Assembly (NCBI RefSeq): GCF_009914755.1
Contig: NC_060930.1
Direction: 5' to 3' (one strand)
DNA length: 64,000 nt
Source of the DNA: the human T2T-CHM13v2.0 reference genome, Homo sapiens
Position numbers and translations under genes: made by a program. The notes under the pieces are model-generated. The model ran no database searches and was not told the origin of the DNA. It saw only the letters and a program-made list of their open reading frames with translations. Positions 41,039 through 55,475 of the stretch are shown here, one piece after another (position 1 is the stretch's first letter; each line of letters begins with the position of its first letter).

Positions 41039-43249
41039 AAAAATGTAGTCTTAAGAAGGTAAGAATTCCTGGAGGAACTCACAATGTATCACAATCAAAT
41101 AGGAGAATAATTGATGCTGACCTATCCATTGTTGAGACTCCTGGTGCAGCAGAAGATGAGAGACAAGGGACGGATGTGGGCTGCCACCACTCTACCACTA
41201 CGCTTGGATGGGAGCAGGTGGGGGACAGAGAGCGCAGCACCAACAGGAGTCAGCCTTTGTCCTTCAAATATTGTGACCCTGACCTTGGCAGCCTCATGCT
41301 TTCTAGGAAAGGCTCTGCCATATGCACCTGGGATTAACACCCTTCTCTACCTGAGAAACCAGTGCCCTCCACCCCACCTAAATGAAACTTCAAATGGGGC
41401 TCATAAAAGGGAATGACATGACAGGAAGAGAAACGATCTGTTGGGAAGAGGCTGACAGTGCTCGGAAAACCATGGAGCAAAACAGATGGAAGAGGACACA
41501 TATACCAGTCCTGCTGGAACTGCAGGATGGTGAGAAAAGACTGCAAGCTGGCTTGGAAATGAAGGCTGGGTGAGTTGAGTGAGCAAAACTGGTTCATCCT
41601 TAACCTGCTAAGTTAGAGTAAGAGAATTTTAGATGGTGGGGGTTGGGGGATGACTGTCTTTTAGATCAGCTTGGAAAAAATAAAAATCCTCTTCTACACT
41701 AAAGTAGGAAAGACCACAGAGTTAGCAAAGAAGGCATTTCAGAAAGTCAAATGGGGAAAAAAGAAGAATGTTAGATAAATAGGTGAAATTATAAAGTGTC
41801 TAAAAGCAACTCCAACAGGAGAAAGAAGGTGGGCAGGGTCAGAGTTCGGAGGATGTGAAGGGCAACAGAGGCCCTGTGAAGTACAGGCCACCCTCGTGAG
41901 GAGTAAGGACAGTGCTGTCCTGCCACCTCAAGGTAGGGCCTGGCAGTGCCCTGTTCCCAGTTCTGTGCCCCGAAGTGAAGCGCCGCCGACAGGCTTTGAT
42001 GATCTTTCCACCTCCTGACTCTTGGCGGGCAGAGCATACAGTCACAGACCAGATATTAGAACACTTTATCTAGCATATGGAAGGAACAGAATGTCAAAGG
42101 GGTTTATTACTGTACCTGACCAGATAATCAGGTAATTAGCACTATTAACAGAACAGATTGGACACATTTATACATGCATTTGTATATCTCCGGGGAGGCA
42201 TAGCTTCAAAAAAACATAATATCAGGTGTTTTTTATTATAATGTTTGTGTGTATGTGTGTTTTTCTAAAGAACATTTTATTTCTCAGAAAGGATACCAGG
42301 CATGTTTCTTTTCTGCACCTGTACGGCCCTTTTTCACTTAGTCAAGCTGGACTGCAAACAATGAAGAAGGAAATTTGTTTCTGGCCCCCCCCAGATCTTA
42401 CAACAAGCACTGCCGAGCTGGCTGGCTTCTTTGTTCATATGCCCAGGCCCCCACCTGGGTGGTGCGCAATTCTAGGAATATGCTCTGGCTGAAAGACAGA
42501 AAAGACCAGGAGAGGGAGCACAAGAACACAAGATATTTCTATATCTGGGTCGCAGGGAAAGTCACAGAAAGAGAGCAAGGCAAAGAGAAGCAAATGCCTC
42601 AAAAAATATATGCGGGATCTTAACGGTGTATTTTTTAGGTGCAATAAAAAGGGAATTTGGAACTTATGGTTTGTTCATCACATAGAATACATTTTTAGCA
42701 AATTATATTTAATGCAGAATAAAGGCTATTTTATTTATTAGTTTGTCCTGAATGATATCATTACTTTATGAACTGCCAAATCTGTCAGCAATTATTAACA
42801 CTCCACAGCTAGCTGCCTTCCCCTAGGTGTTTCAGTTCACCTTTGCCACACAGTAACATGGGAACAACTGCGTCAGACGACAAGCATGCAGCCCCAGGCA
42901 CAGATCAGTGAGTTTCAGTGACACTACAGCACTTAGCTGGATTAAGTTTATAGGCTGAGAACAAGGTAATGACACCAGGCATTCTCCTCCACAGGAATTC
43001 ACAATATGGGATGTCACTGGTGGGCACCTTTTCAATATAAGATACAAATCACCTTATCCCTTTAACGAATGCATACTGACCACTTTGCATGGTTCTATTG
43101 TGTCTTAGGTGCTGGGGGCATAAAACAATGAATATGAAGGAAACGGTACTTGGTCTGAGAGGTTCTAGGCTATTGGGACAGAGACAAGTCAACAGGTAAT
43201 CACAACACAGCCATGATAAGAACTGTCAGTACGGTTCTTACTTACAGGG

Positions 43250-43621
43250 TGTGTAAGTCCATTTTCATGCTGCTGATAAAGACATACCTGAGACTGGGTA
43301 ATTTATAAAGAAAAAGAGGTTTAATGGACTCACAGTTCCACATGGCTGGGGAGGCCTCAGTCATGGTGGAAGATGAAGGAAGAGCAAAGGGACATCTTAC
43401 ATGGCCGCTGGCAAAGACAGAATGAGAGCCAAGCGAACAGGGAAACTCCTTATAAAACCATCAGATCTCATGAGACTTATTCACTACCAGGAGAACAGTA
43501 TGGGGGAAACCGCCCCCGTGATTCAGTTTATCTCCCACCGGGTCCCTCCCACAACACATGGGAATTATGGGAGCTAAAATTCAAGATGAGATGTGGGTGG
43601 GGACACAGCCAAACCATGTCA
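43250..43621 (-). mobile_element. THE1 (MaLR) solo LTR, complete, sense to BACH2, inserted in an L2-like remnant
   Basis: Minus strand starts TGACATGGTTTGGCTGTGTCCCCACC and ends ...GGACTTACACA; 372 bp; 5-bp TSD caggg at 43245-43249 and 43622-43626. Confidence 0.93.
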
Positions 43622-44493
43622 CAGGGGAAGTACAGCTGCTGGCGGAAGGGCATCTAACTGAGGAGGTGACAAATGAGCTGCAGCCTGAGGGAGGATTAGT
43701 TAGGTTTTGGGTGGGAGCTGGTGTTCCAGATGGAAGAAATGAAATGTGCAAAGACCTAAGAGAGAACATAGCATGCAGTGTGGTGTGGCAGGAGCAGCAG
43801 CTGGGGCAAGGGCACAGGTGAAACTGGAGAAGGGAGCAAGGGGACGGGCTGGGAAGGTCCTTCCGTGTCCGCCGCCGAGGCTGGCCCAGGGGCCTCACTG
43901 GAGTCTGTTGCGCAGGAGAGTATGAGGGAGACTCCTTTGGCTGCATTTGGGGAACAAGCCAGACGGGCGGCAAGCCAGTCACAGAAGTCCAGGCAAGCAC
44001 CACTGTGGCCGGGATACAGGCAGTGGTGTTGGGAAGGGAAATATAGACAGATGAGAGAGGCCATTAGGAGGAAGAGTTGGCGAAGTCTGAGAGTATAGGC
44101 CAATTCAAGACTGAGAACGACTAAAAAAAGCATCATGTTGCTTCTAACTAACCAAAGCCACAACCTGGATACCCCATTGACGAAAACAAGGTATCTTTGG
44201 AAGCTATTTGGGACGCTTTACAGTGTGTAATAGGAATTATGTACAGGTTCCCAGGCAGACCCAAGGCAGTTTAGGTTTCAGAGTCATAAATTTTGGAGGA
44301 GGATAGGGCTCAGAATTCTGTAGCCTGGGGCTTTCTTTAAATGGACACCTTTGATGTCAGTCTGTTGTTTCAGTTTCTGCCTAATGTAGGATTTTTAAAA
44401 ACAGCACACTTTCCCAGTAAGTCATTCTGATCTGGCAATGAGAAAGAGGTGAAAGTTCTCACAGGATGTAAAGGGTCTTTAAAAAAAACGACG

Positions 44494-44960
<467 letters not shown>

Positions 44961-45189
44961 AGGTGATTGGAAAAATAGATGAGCTAGTATAATGTGAGAT
45001 GATGCTGCATATAGCCATGGTCAGAAACGGGGAAAAGGCAGGGGAAAGTTGACTTTCCTCCCAGGACCTGTTTGTTGATTTCCATGATAATTGTGGAGCA
45101 ACCTACCAAACCTACCAGTTCTATGACCAGGGTCTCCACTTGGACCTTTAGAAGCTTCTTCAACACTTGAGTGGACTTCAAACTTCAAA

Positions 45190-45385
45190 GTGGACTTTGT
45201 GATTCCGACCCTCCTGCCTCCCTCTTTTAAGGACCCTTGTAATCATTCAGGACACTCCCCCACCTCAAGACCCTTAACTTAATCTCACCCACAAAGTCCC
45301 TTTTGCTATGTCACATGACACACTCACAGGTTTTTGGGGATAAGGACATGGGTATCTTTGGGGGCCAGTATCCTGCCTGCTATAC
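45190..45385 (-). mobile_element. MLT1-type LTR fragment
   Basis: taaggacccttgtaat...ctcaagacccttaacttaatc...aaagtcccttttgc...ggacatgggtatctttggggg. Confidence 0.7.
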
Positions 45386-45854
45386 CGGGTTATAAAATCT
45401 GCCTAGCTGGTTTCCTAGAGGAGTCTTATTCTCTCGGTGTCTCAAAATAGAGGAGTTCCCTGGCAAAGGTAGGTTCTTATGTAAGTTAAAGTGATGCAGG
45501 CATTAATGTCTTCATGTGATCAACTGACATAAATTGAGGAGAGCCATTAATGGACAAAGTGAAAGAAAAATGATGAAAATTTATTTCAGATTTCAGATTT
45601 CAGATATTCTCTCTGTTATCACTTTACATTGCAATTTTTTTTCAGCATCCTATTATTTCTTGTGTAAAGGCAAATTTCTAGTGCTGGGTTCATGGTGACT
45701 TCTGTGTGGTACAGAGAAACTTGAACTAGAGCTGGAGATACTCACTGAGTCTCCAAACCTACCGCTGACTGGTTTGTGACCCTGGACCTGTTTCCCACCT
45801 GTTAAAAACACAGACATTTGCATCTTTAGTGAGTCTTACTCTTGTCATTGAAGC

Positions 45855-46085
45855 AAGGAGTTGAGAACTTGGGCTCTGGAGTCAGGCTGCCTGGCCTTAA
45901 GTCCTGGCTCCTCTGCTTAGGAGCTAACCTTTTGGCAAGTTAATTAACCTCTCCTGCTCCAGTTTCCTCACCTGCCATATGGAGATAATAATGGTAGCAA
46001 TCCCATAGCGTCAATGAGTTAAACACGTAAAGTGCACAGGGCAGTGCCTGGCATACCCTGGATGCTCAGTAAAGGTTATTTAAAA
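45855..46085 (+). mobile_element. MIR
   Basis: gggctctggagtcaggctgcctgg...ggcaagttaattaacctctc...cagtttcctcacctg. Confidence 0.78.
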
Positions 46086-49000
46086 AAATCATCATCATCA
46101 TCACTGTGTTAGACACAAGGGATATGCAAAAGATAAAACAGAGTCCTTTTCTTAGTGCTGGGTCAGATAATTTTTTAAGACTAAGGTTTTACGATTCCCC
46201 ATATATCACGGGAGAAAAAACGCCCTGATGTCCTCACACGTTCCATGCATCATGCTGTGTTAGCAAGATCTTTTAACATTTCTCCTTGCTGCCAATTAAA
46301 GGGCACCAAGTCAAAGTTGATATGTAAAAATTACTGTCCCATTAGCACCTTCTGGCCTCGCTAATAAATCCTAACTTAATTAGGCATATGTATCTTTTTC
46401 GTGGGACAAGGGATAGCCAAAACTAGAGGTATATGGGCTCCAGCTTGTTTACAACCGTCCCTTAAAAGAGCTCAATGCATAATTGCATACCCATAAATAC
46501 AAATGCTATAATTTTCTTGGATCAAAGATCATTTTCAAAAAGTAGACACGTATGTATCTTCATGGTAGCTTTTAAAGCAAGTTCTACAAGGTCTAACAAG
46601 TCAGTTTTGAGAGCAGGCCTTCCAATAGCTGTCCTCCACTTGAAATCTGAAGTGCGGAAAGTGGAGTGGATGCATGTTTTACTGAAAGAGTCAGCAACAG
46701 AAAATAGAGTACACTCACAGCTGTAGCGAGCCAGGATGAATTTATACAGTGAATTTTAAATCAGACTCAAAATTGGCTTGCACTATCCATTGAAAAAAAT
46801 CCCATTGATTTTGGGCTTCATGATGATGTTTTCTGGGAGAGGCAGACCTTAGATTGAGAGCCAAGCAAAGCTTCAGATGCAGATTTTTTCTTTTATTTTC
46901 CAAGGAATTTGAAGAGGCAGAAATTGCTAATGGAATACAGGGATAAAAATGAATATTGTATTTCTACTTGCTAGCAACTATCTTGGTATGGAACTCGACT
47001 GATACTGTTCTGTCCTAGTGGCTGAAGCCTTTCACTTTATTAACTTTTTTAGATAGACTTTAACAATTTCATTTTTTTCTTTGTCTTTTTCCATTTTCTC
47101 TCTTCTATTCAAACACTTCTGCAAAATACAGTGTTTCCATTAAAGTCCCTCAGCTTTCTTTTGTTTCTCAGACTCTCACATCTTTGCAATTTTGCTCAAG
47201 TTACCTTCATATTCACTTGGCACACAGTAGGTACTCAATAAAGTTGGTTTCTTCCTTCTTCCTCTGCCTGGCCGCTGTCTGGTAATGTACTTCTTCCTTT
47301 ATTTTTTGGTTTACAAACTACTTGTTAAATAATTGGCTCCAAGAGCCTCCTTCAGAGTTTACATCATTTCTTGGGAAGCTCAGCCCAAACAGAGATAACT
47401 CTCCTAAGATATCCTGGAAATAAGGTTGCAGAGAAAAACAAAGTCCCACTTATCAAAATGAAGTGCTTTTGTTCTCGTTTTGGATCTGGTGGCAGAAACG
47501 AAATACCATCTTTCAGAGGTCCCAATAAAATATTTGACAAGATATGTGAAATGTTTTTCTTCACTTGGACTGCTTTCTTCATAATACAGTCTATGTGTTT
47601 CAGGAGAAAAACAAGGTCAATTCAATTGATCAAACACTGTGTCAGCGACAGACACACATACATATAAATGCTCACATTCTCTCACAGTTATAACAACATG
47701 GAATCTAATTTAGAACCACAAGAGCTAGGAAATTAAGAGTTAATACTTAAACCCCATCCTGAATCCATCTTGTCATGCCTGAGTATCACTTCTCCTATAG
47801 CAAGCAAGATCGCCCGCTGTTCTGAGGCCACTAGACAGAGAATAAAATCAGCTATAACATTACTGTGTCACAAGGAGGGAATTAGGGATGAGTCTGGAGA
47901 ACTGGCTTGGGTGCTCTTTGTACGCAAGAGCGTGAAGCCGGATGGGAGAGAAAGAAAGGAAGACAAAAATAAAGCGTAAAAATGCAGGCACATTAGCCGC
48001 AGGCAAGCTCCCGCTTGCCTTCTATCCTATTATTACCATCTCACTACTGCCTTAGGGGGCATCTGTAAGGCAGGGGCAAGCTGCTGCTCTCATTACAGTG
48101 GGCTACTAGCAGTCTAAACTCCAAAACAAACTTGAAAGATATATGAACCACAATGATCACAGCCGACAATATGCTGTGGCCTTATACTTGCTCCTGCAAT
48201 TGTGTGTGTGGGCAGGAAAAGGGGGTCTTCTCTTTTACTCAACTCAAATGTCCCTTGCTTTGCTTATTTTAGAAACGGTTTGAATGACTGTTCCTTCAAC
48301 AGCATTATGGGTCACGTACCCACTAAAACGAAACAATCACACTTTATGTCTCTATCCTGAATCACTGTTTTAATTTTTAACCTAACCTAGCAGGAAATCA
48401 TGGGTTTAGCCCTGTTTGATCATATAAAATCTCTATTACCAAAGAGAAAAAACTCATGGTACTAGCCCAAAGGCAATAACAGATTTTAGGAGATAATTGT
48501 CCAGATACCTCGTTGGCTCTGGAGCAGGTAAAAAAAATCACACATAAAATAGCAAAAAGCAAATTTATTAACTTGCCTGAGCTTTTTGCCTCCCTTATCT
48601 ACTACTTCACCAGAAAAAGGTCTGCTCGCTATTTACAAATTCACTTTTCTTTAAAGCTTCTTCATATGACTAGGTCCTGCCGATAAGTAATACTCTCAAT
48701 TTGTCATTTGTCTGTAAACTTTTAATGTTAATACTTTTTCATTTTTGCAATTTGGCAAATTTTATCATGCAGTGAGAAATTATTATCTAGATGCTATCTG
48801 CTAGGATATACAATGAACTTTCTCCTTATCCTACTGAAAGTACACCTCTCAAAAAGAATACAAAATAAGAGCCCTTCTTGGATTTATTTGAAAAATGAAT
48901 ACATATATTCATTATTGGGACTTTTCAAATTTATGAAAAAATATATATTTGAACCTAAAGCCATGTACAGAAGGTTAGCTATTATCTTAATCCTAAATTC

Positions 49001-50319
49001 TGCTATTATATTTGTATCACAGATGTACTGTGCTGATAGAAAAGTCTGAGCTATTGGATTTGCCAGCTTGGATTAATAACTACCCATTTCAAATCATTAA
49101 TGATGCTGGTTCCAGTTCAGTGATTGAACTGGGTAAAAAAACATTTCATCTTATTCTTTCCTTATGAAAGAGCTGCTGGCTTTGCGATGCATTTCTTTCT
49201 GAAGAAAAGTCCTTTTGAAAGGGAGAATACTAAAAACGGTGTAAGAACCACTGGAGAAGAATAGAAATTCATTTTAAAGCAGTGTACCATGTACAAATGC
49301 TGTCTTACAAATAGGATTATTTAATTTAAACCTTAGATCTGTCAAGCTCTATTACTTCAAATGGAGCCTATCGCTTCTTGAGTTCATTATATATCGAGAT
49401 TATATTACAATTTATGTTAGGTTAAGTCATTGCTGAGATACAAGGCGGTTGAAAAAAATTACACAGCAGTGTCAGTAAATAGAGCAAAGTCACTGCAGTG
49501 TTCAGAAAGGCAAAAAGTCATCTTGCTAAATGAGGATCCAAGCTGTCCTGTACGAAGACTGTTACTAATAAATAAAAGGCCTCTGGGAAAAGTGCTGAGC
49601 GTACGCTGGATCTATTTTCAGCTTGCATCAGCAGCTGCTGCCCCTGGGATCACATCTTTACGCATACTCTACACCATATGTAATCACTCCAGTGCTGCAA
49701 CCAGTAAGATAATGAAAGAGCATGGCATAAATCTATACTTGAGTGGAATGCTAAATGAGAAAAATAATACAAAAAGGGGGGAAATAAACCGCATTTTCAA
49801 GTCATTAGGAAGAAAGACTTTGACATATGAAGTGCTGCAACCATTAATAGCACTTATCATATAGAGTGGAGACAAAGAGACAAATTAATCAAACTGACAG
49901 AACTGGGACATTTTATGCTAATACAGGCTCCTGGGTTTTAGTCTGTATTCCTCTGCGTCTGGAAAACTGATACCATTACAGGGCAGGAAATTGCATGAAT
50001 AACATGCAACAGATCATAAAAATTCACACACCAACTGCAGAAACACTGCCAAAAGCTCTGTAAAAACAAGGATGGAGACCTCAACAGAGAAACTACCAGC
50101 AAGTAATGAATGCAAATAAGTCCAGGAATATCTCCCATTCATGCATTGTAATTAACTATAGGCTTCTCGCTCATAATTACAGTGGTGAAACTGAAGCCTA
50201 GAGAGCGAACTCTGCAGTTAGCCAGAGAAGGCTGCTCAGGCTCTGATTCAAGGCTGTTTGCCATCAGCTGGGGTGAGTGCCACTCTGACCTAAATTTTCT
50301 GACTGGGTTGTGTTGGCTT

Positions 50320-50344
50320 TAAAAAAAAAAAAAAAAAAAAAAAA
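50320..50344. repeat. Poly(A) tract (about 24 nt)
   Basis: Direct reading. Confidence 0.9.
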
Positions 50345-51697
50345 GCAAAATAAACAGCAGAACATTAGCTTAAGACTTTAAAGTGGAGGAGGGAGAGAAA
50401 TAAATTGATAATGCAAAGAAAAGTTGAACAAAATTTTCTATGTATGTTTCTGTGGGTGGTACAAATAAAGAGAATCTGAGACTGAAAACATTTTTATAAA
50501 ATGCACGCTGTCCCTGACTTATAAACATCCCCTACTTTCTGAATAAGCTGTATGTACTTAAATCCGAATGGCAGGCAAGTCCTCATGAAAGCTCGTGGGA
50601 GCAACTACCCTTTGTTCTCCAATTGTGAACTCCGAGGGGGTTGGTGGAGAAAGAGCCGCTAGCTCATTTATACCAATCTATAGAGATAAATTACTGCTGC
50701 CTTGTGATCTCTGCCTTTCCCTAAGGAAAGTGTATGTTTCCTTGATACTGGAAGCAGATGGGTTCCTTAGCTGGAACACCAAAGAGATTTTCCCATAAAA
50801 AATAACTGTATGGACAGAAGTGTGGATGAAAAAAACGCATCAGAATTTCTTTCTCCAATGATACCATGTTTGCTGGCATTCAAGGCTTCAGGGCTTAGTG
50901 ATCTGGTTTCAATCCTTCCTCTCATTCTCACCTAATACAAACCACATACTTGCCTGCCTCTAGAACTTTGCTAAATGATCTCTTTCATTTATTTGACAAA
51001 CATTCACCAAATGGCTATTGTGTTGGCCTGGATATATAGGGTAGATTTGTACACCGAAAACACTCCCCTCCAATTCTTGCACAAAGAACTAACTGTCCAA
51101 ATGAGAAGACAGATAAGCAATAACTCAATGACAATACAGTGTAACAGCTGCTATGACAAATATGGAGAAGGTACTACAGACATACAGCAGAGGGACACTA
51201 AACCCCAAATGGCCATTTCCCATCTACTGAAATTCTACCCACATCTCCCTCTCCACGATGTAGTCCCTCATCTTCTCATTAGAATTACGTGTTCCTGCTC
51301 TGTACCTTCATAGCCCTTCACTTATACCTAGACCATAGGATTAATTTCTGTCTCTCATTGATGATAAATATCTGTTCATTGAACAAACCGAAACAAAAAA
51401 GAAATGCTATACAGATATGAGTTTGGGAGCTGACTTAGGAAACTAACCATTACTCATAACCTGTTTCTAGGAAAAAATACATTCTGGGTTCAAACTAATT
51501 TCTTTACAAACTTTTGAAATGTAATTTATCCAAACTGTTTAATCTTCCTTCCTTAGACACTGGGCTACCGAAAATGTAACCTGCATTTGCATGAACCAAA
51601 TGCATGAGATAATGGAAATGTTTCAAGTAGTGCAAATATGAACTGAAGATTCTTCTTACAGTCATATAACTTGTGTATTAAAAATATCTGTTTTAGA

Positions 51698-52015
<318 letters not shown>

Positions 52016-52820
52016 TCATTTCACATCATCCTTGGTAAAATGAAAACTGAAAAGCACACCTGGACACACACATGAGCATGGGGCTCTGTTTGGCCATGTG
52101 CTGCTCTGTACAGAAAAGTGCATTATAAGTAAGTGCCCTAGGTTAATCTATTGTTATGATTATTGCCATTATGATGACAATCATCAAGTGAGGCTGCCCA
52201 CAGTGGCTGGTCCAGGGACATAGCTAGACCACAAGGGCTAATGTTATGACCTGGTACAGTGCCTCAGTGGCCACCATCTAGAGGGAGGAGAAGGGCTAGG
52301 TGTGGTTTTTCTTTACTGTTTTTTGGCCCTGAGGACATTCACCTGAGAAGACTTTGGGTCTATTAATAACCTAACAGTGGATCTGCAGAACCCTGCTGGC
52401 CTCCACTGGAAGGTGTTGAGTCTTTTCTGAAGTCCATACACTTCTTATTTCTTAATATCATAGGATTCTGAAATGTATTGGTTTCTTTCTGTTTATCTTG
52501 TGTAGTTTTAGCATATTTACCATTTTAACCTTTTGTTCTCATCACAATCAGGTGTCATACTATTGACTGTGTATGGTGTTAATTTTCAGTTTTTTTTTTT
52601 TTAACCAGTGAATGGGGTTAGAATGTTCTTCTTCCTTGTGTATTAACCACAAAGAGACGTTTGAATTAAAGTTTAAAGATGACAAATGGTCTAAATTCTG
52701 ATTAGGCTTAATTAGATATTGGTATTTTGGGAAGAAAAAAAATATAACCCAAATGCAAGATAGACAATAGTTGTTTTAGCTTAAAGATGATAAAAACTAA
52801 TAGGGTTCATCGTGATTCGC

Positions 52821-53127
<307 letters not shown>

Positions 53128-53660
53128 GATTCCTGTTTTAAACAGAGTTAAAGAGAGAACACATTCTCAGTGAGAGAAAGTATTGGGGAATATAATGACA
53201 AAAACTGCCAATCGATATTCATGTTCCCTGAATTGACAAGCATCTATTTGTCTACAGTTTATGGCTCCTTATTTATGCATATTAAAACTGAGAAAAAAAT
53301 AAAAAGATCAGAAAAGAGGTCAAAGTTAAGAAAGTCTTGGAGAAATGGAATTATTAGCGAGAAAATAATTCTAGTGGTAACATTATTTTCAAGTGGATTC
53401 TCTTTAAAAATCCTGGGTCTGGGGAACAGCATGAGAAGTTGACACACAGGCAAAGCTTTGAGCCTTTCTTGTAAGGAGTTACCTAGAGGAAGCGTGTGAT
53501 TTGATACACCTAAATCAATGCAATATATTATTTGACAGAGTTATACGGAGCTCCTGATAACCAACTCTGTGCTATAATTACAGAGACTGAAGAAAGGGAT
53601 ATGGGGGTAGGGCAGGAGGGGAAGTGATGGGTCTGTGAGATGCAGGTTGCTAGAGATTTC

Positions 53661-53846
<186 letters not shown>

Positions 53847-54952
53847 TGACAAGTGCTGCAGGAGAATTTGTAAGTTCAGGGAGGTCAGCTCATAGAGAAA
53901 AGAGTCTAAAACAGTGGGCCTGAGGCAGGTGGTAAAATATAGAGCAGGGAAGATGAGAGAAGAGAGTGAAGAGGCTACAGTGGCAAGTGGGAGGTGGTCT
54001 TGGGCACGTGGGGGTGGGGTAGAGAGGTCACTACTGCATCTAAAAGGGCAGAGATGGGATGGAAAGACACAAGGAACATCCTGGCAGCACGCATACTGAA
54101 TCATAACAAGGTACTAGAAAAAGGCTGTGGCATCAGCTTTCTCAGAGGGTTTTTAATATTAAAAGAGATAAAAGTCTGATTTGGATTGTTTAGGTTCTGT
54201 TTTGGATGCAGATAGAATTTGATAAGTTATTTTTCTTTTTCTGAAAGGCACATATAAGAATTATATTTTAATATAGCTGTGCTTTTTAGGAGTACGTTCG
54301 GATATCACTCCAGCTTGTGTGTACCATAATAAATATCTGAACAATACTTTATGGATTATAAAACACGATTTTCCTATTATTTGTTCCTCCCAACAACTCG
54401 GTAAATGAGGTATTATGATTCTTATTCTCATTTTCTAGGCAACGGTGTTTTGGAGAGTATAAGTAACTTAATCAAGGTTACAGAGCCATGGCAAGCAGGG
54501 CCGGGTCTTGGGTTCTGAGCCCCTCATTCCAAATTACGCACAATCTCCCCCATATCTCTTCAGCCATTCTAACAAATGTTTTCTTTTCCCCATTCCTGCA
54601 GAATGTTTTTCATTTTGATGATTACCCTTAACATGTTTCAAAAAAGCATAGGCATTGGAAGACCCAGAAACAGAGACCAAGAAGGCAGGGACCACAGGAC
54701 AGACCCTGGCCTTGCCCATCACCCAGTTTCATTGGTTCCCTTTGCCTTGATTTGACCCCACCTGCAGGTGCTGAGAGCTTCAGTTTAAAATCTGGGAATA
54801 TCCTAAATGTTTATAGGAAATCCCCATCCTCTGCCTCCTTCTTTAAGCAGGTGCCAAAATTCTCCTGAAAGGAGTATATGGATTTGAATAGGACATCATC
54901 CTTGCTTCTGTTTTATAGTGCTTCTTTGTATTTATTCATTCCATCATATTTA

Positions 54953-55475
<523 letters not shown>

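Noticed and set aside
45583-45603. (atttcag)x3 and similar micro-duplications (about 11212-11247, 34670-34710)
   Set aside because: Ordinary slippage products with no functional hint
49430-49864. 144-aa plus-strand ORF in unique DNA
   Set aside because: TTG start, no domain or splice support; length achievable by chance
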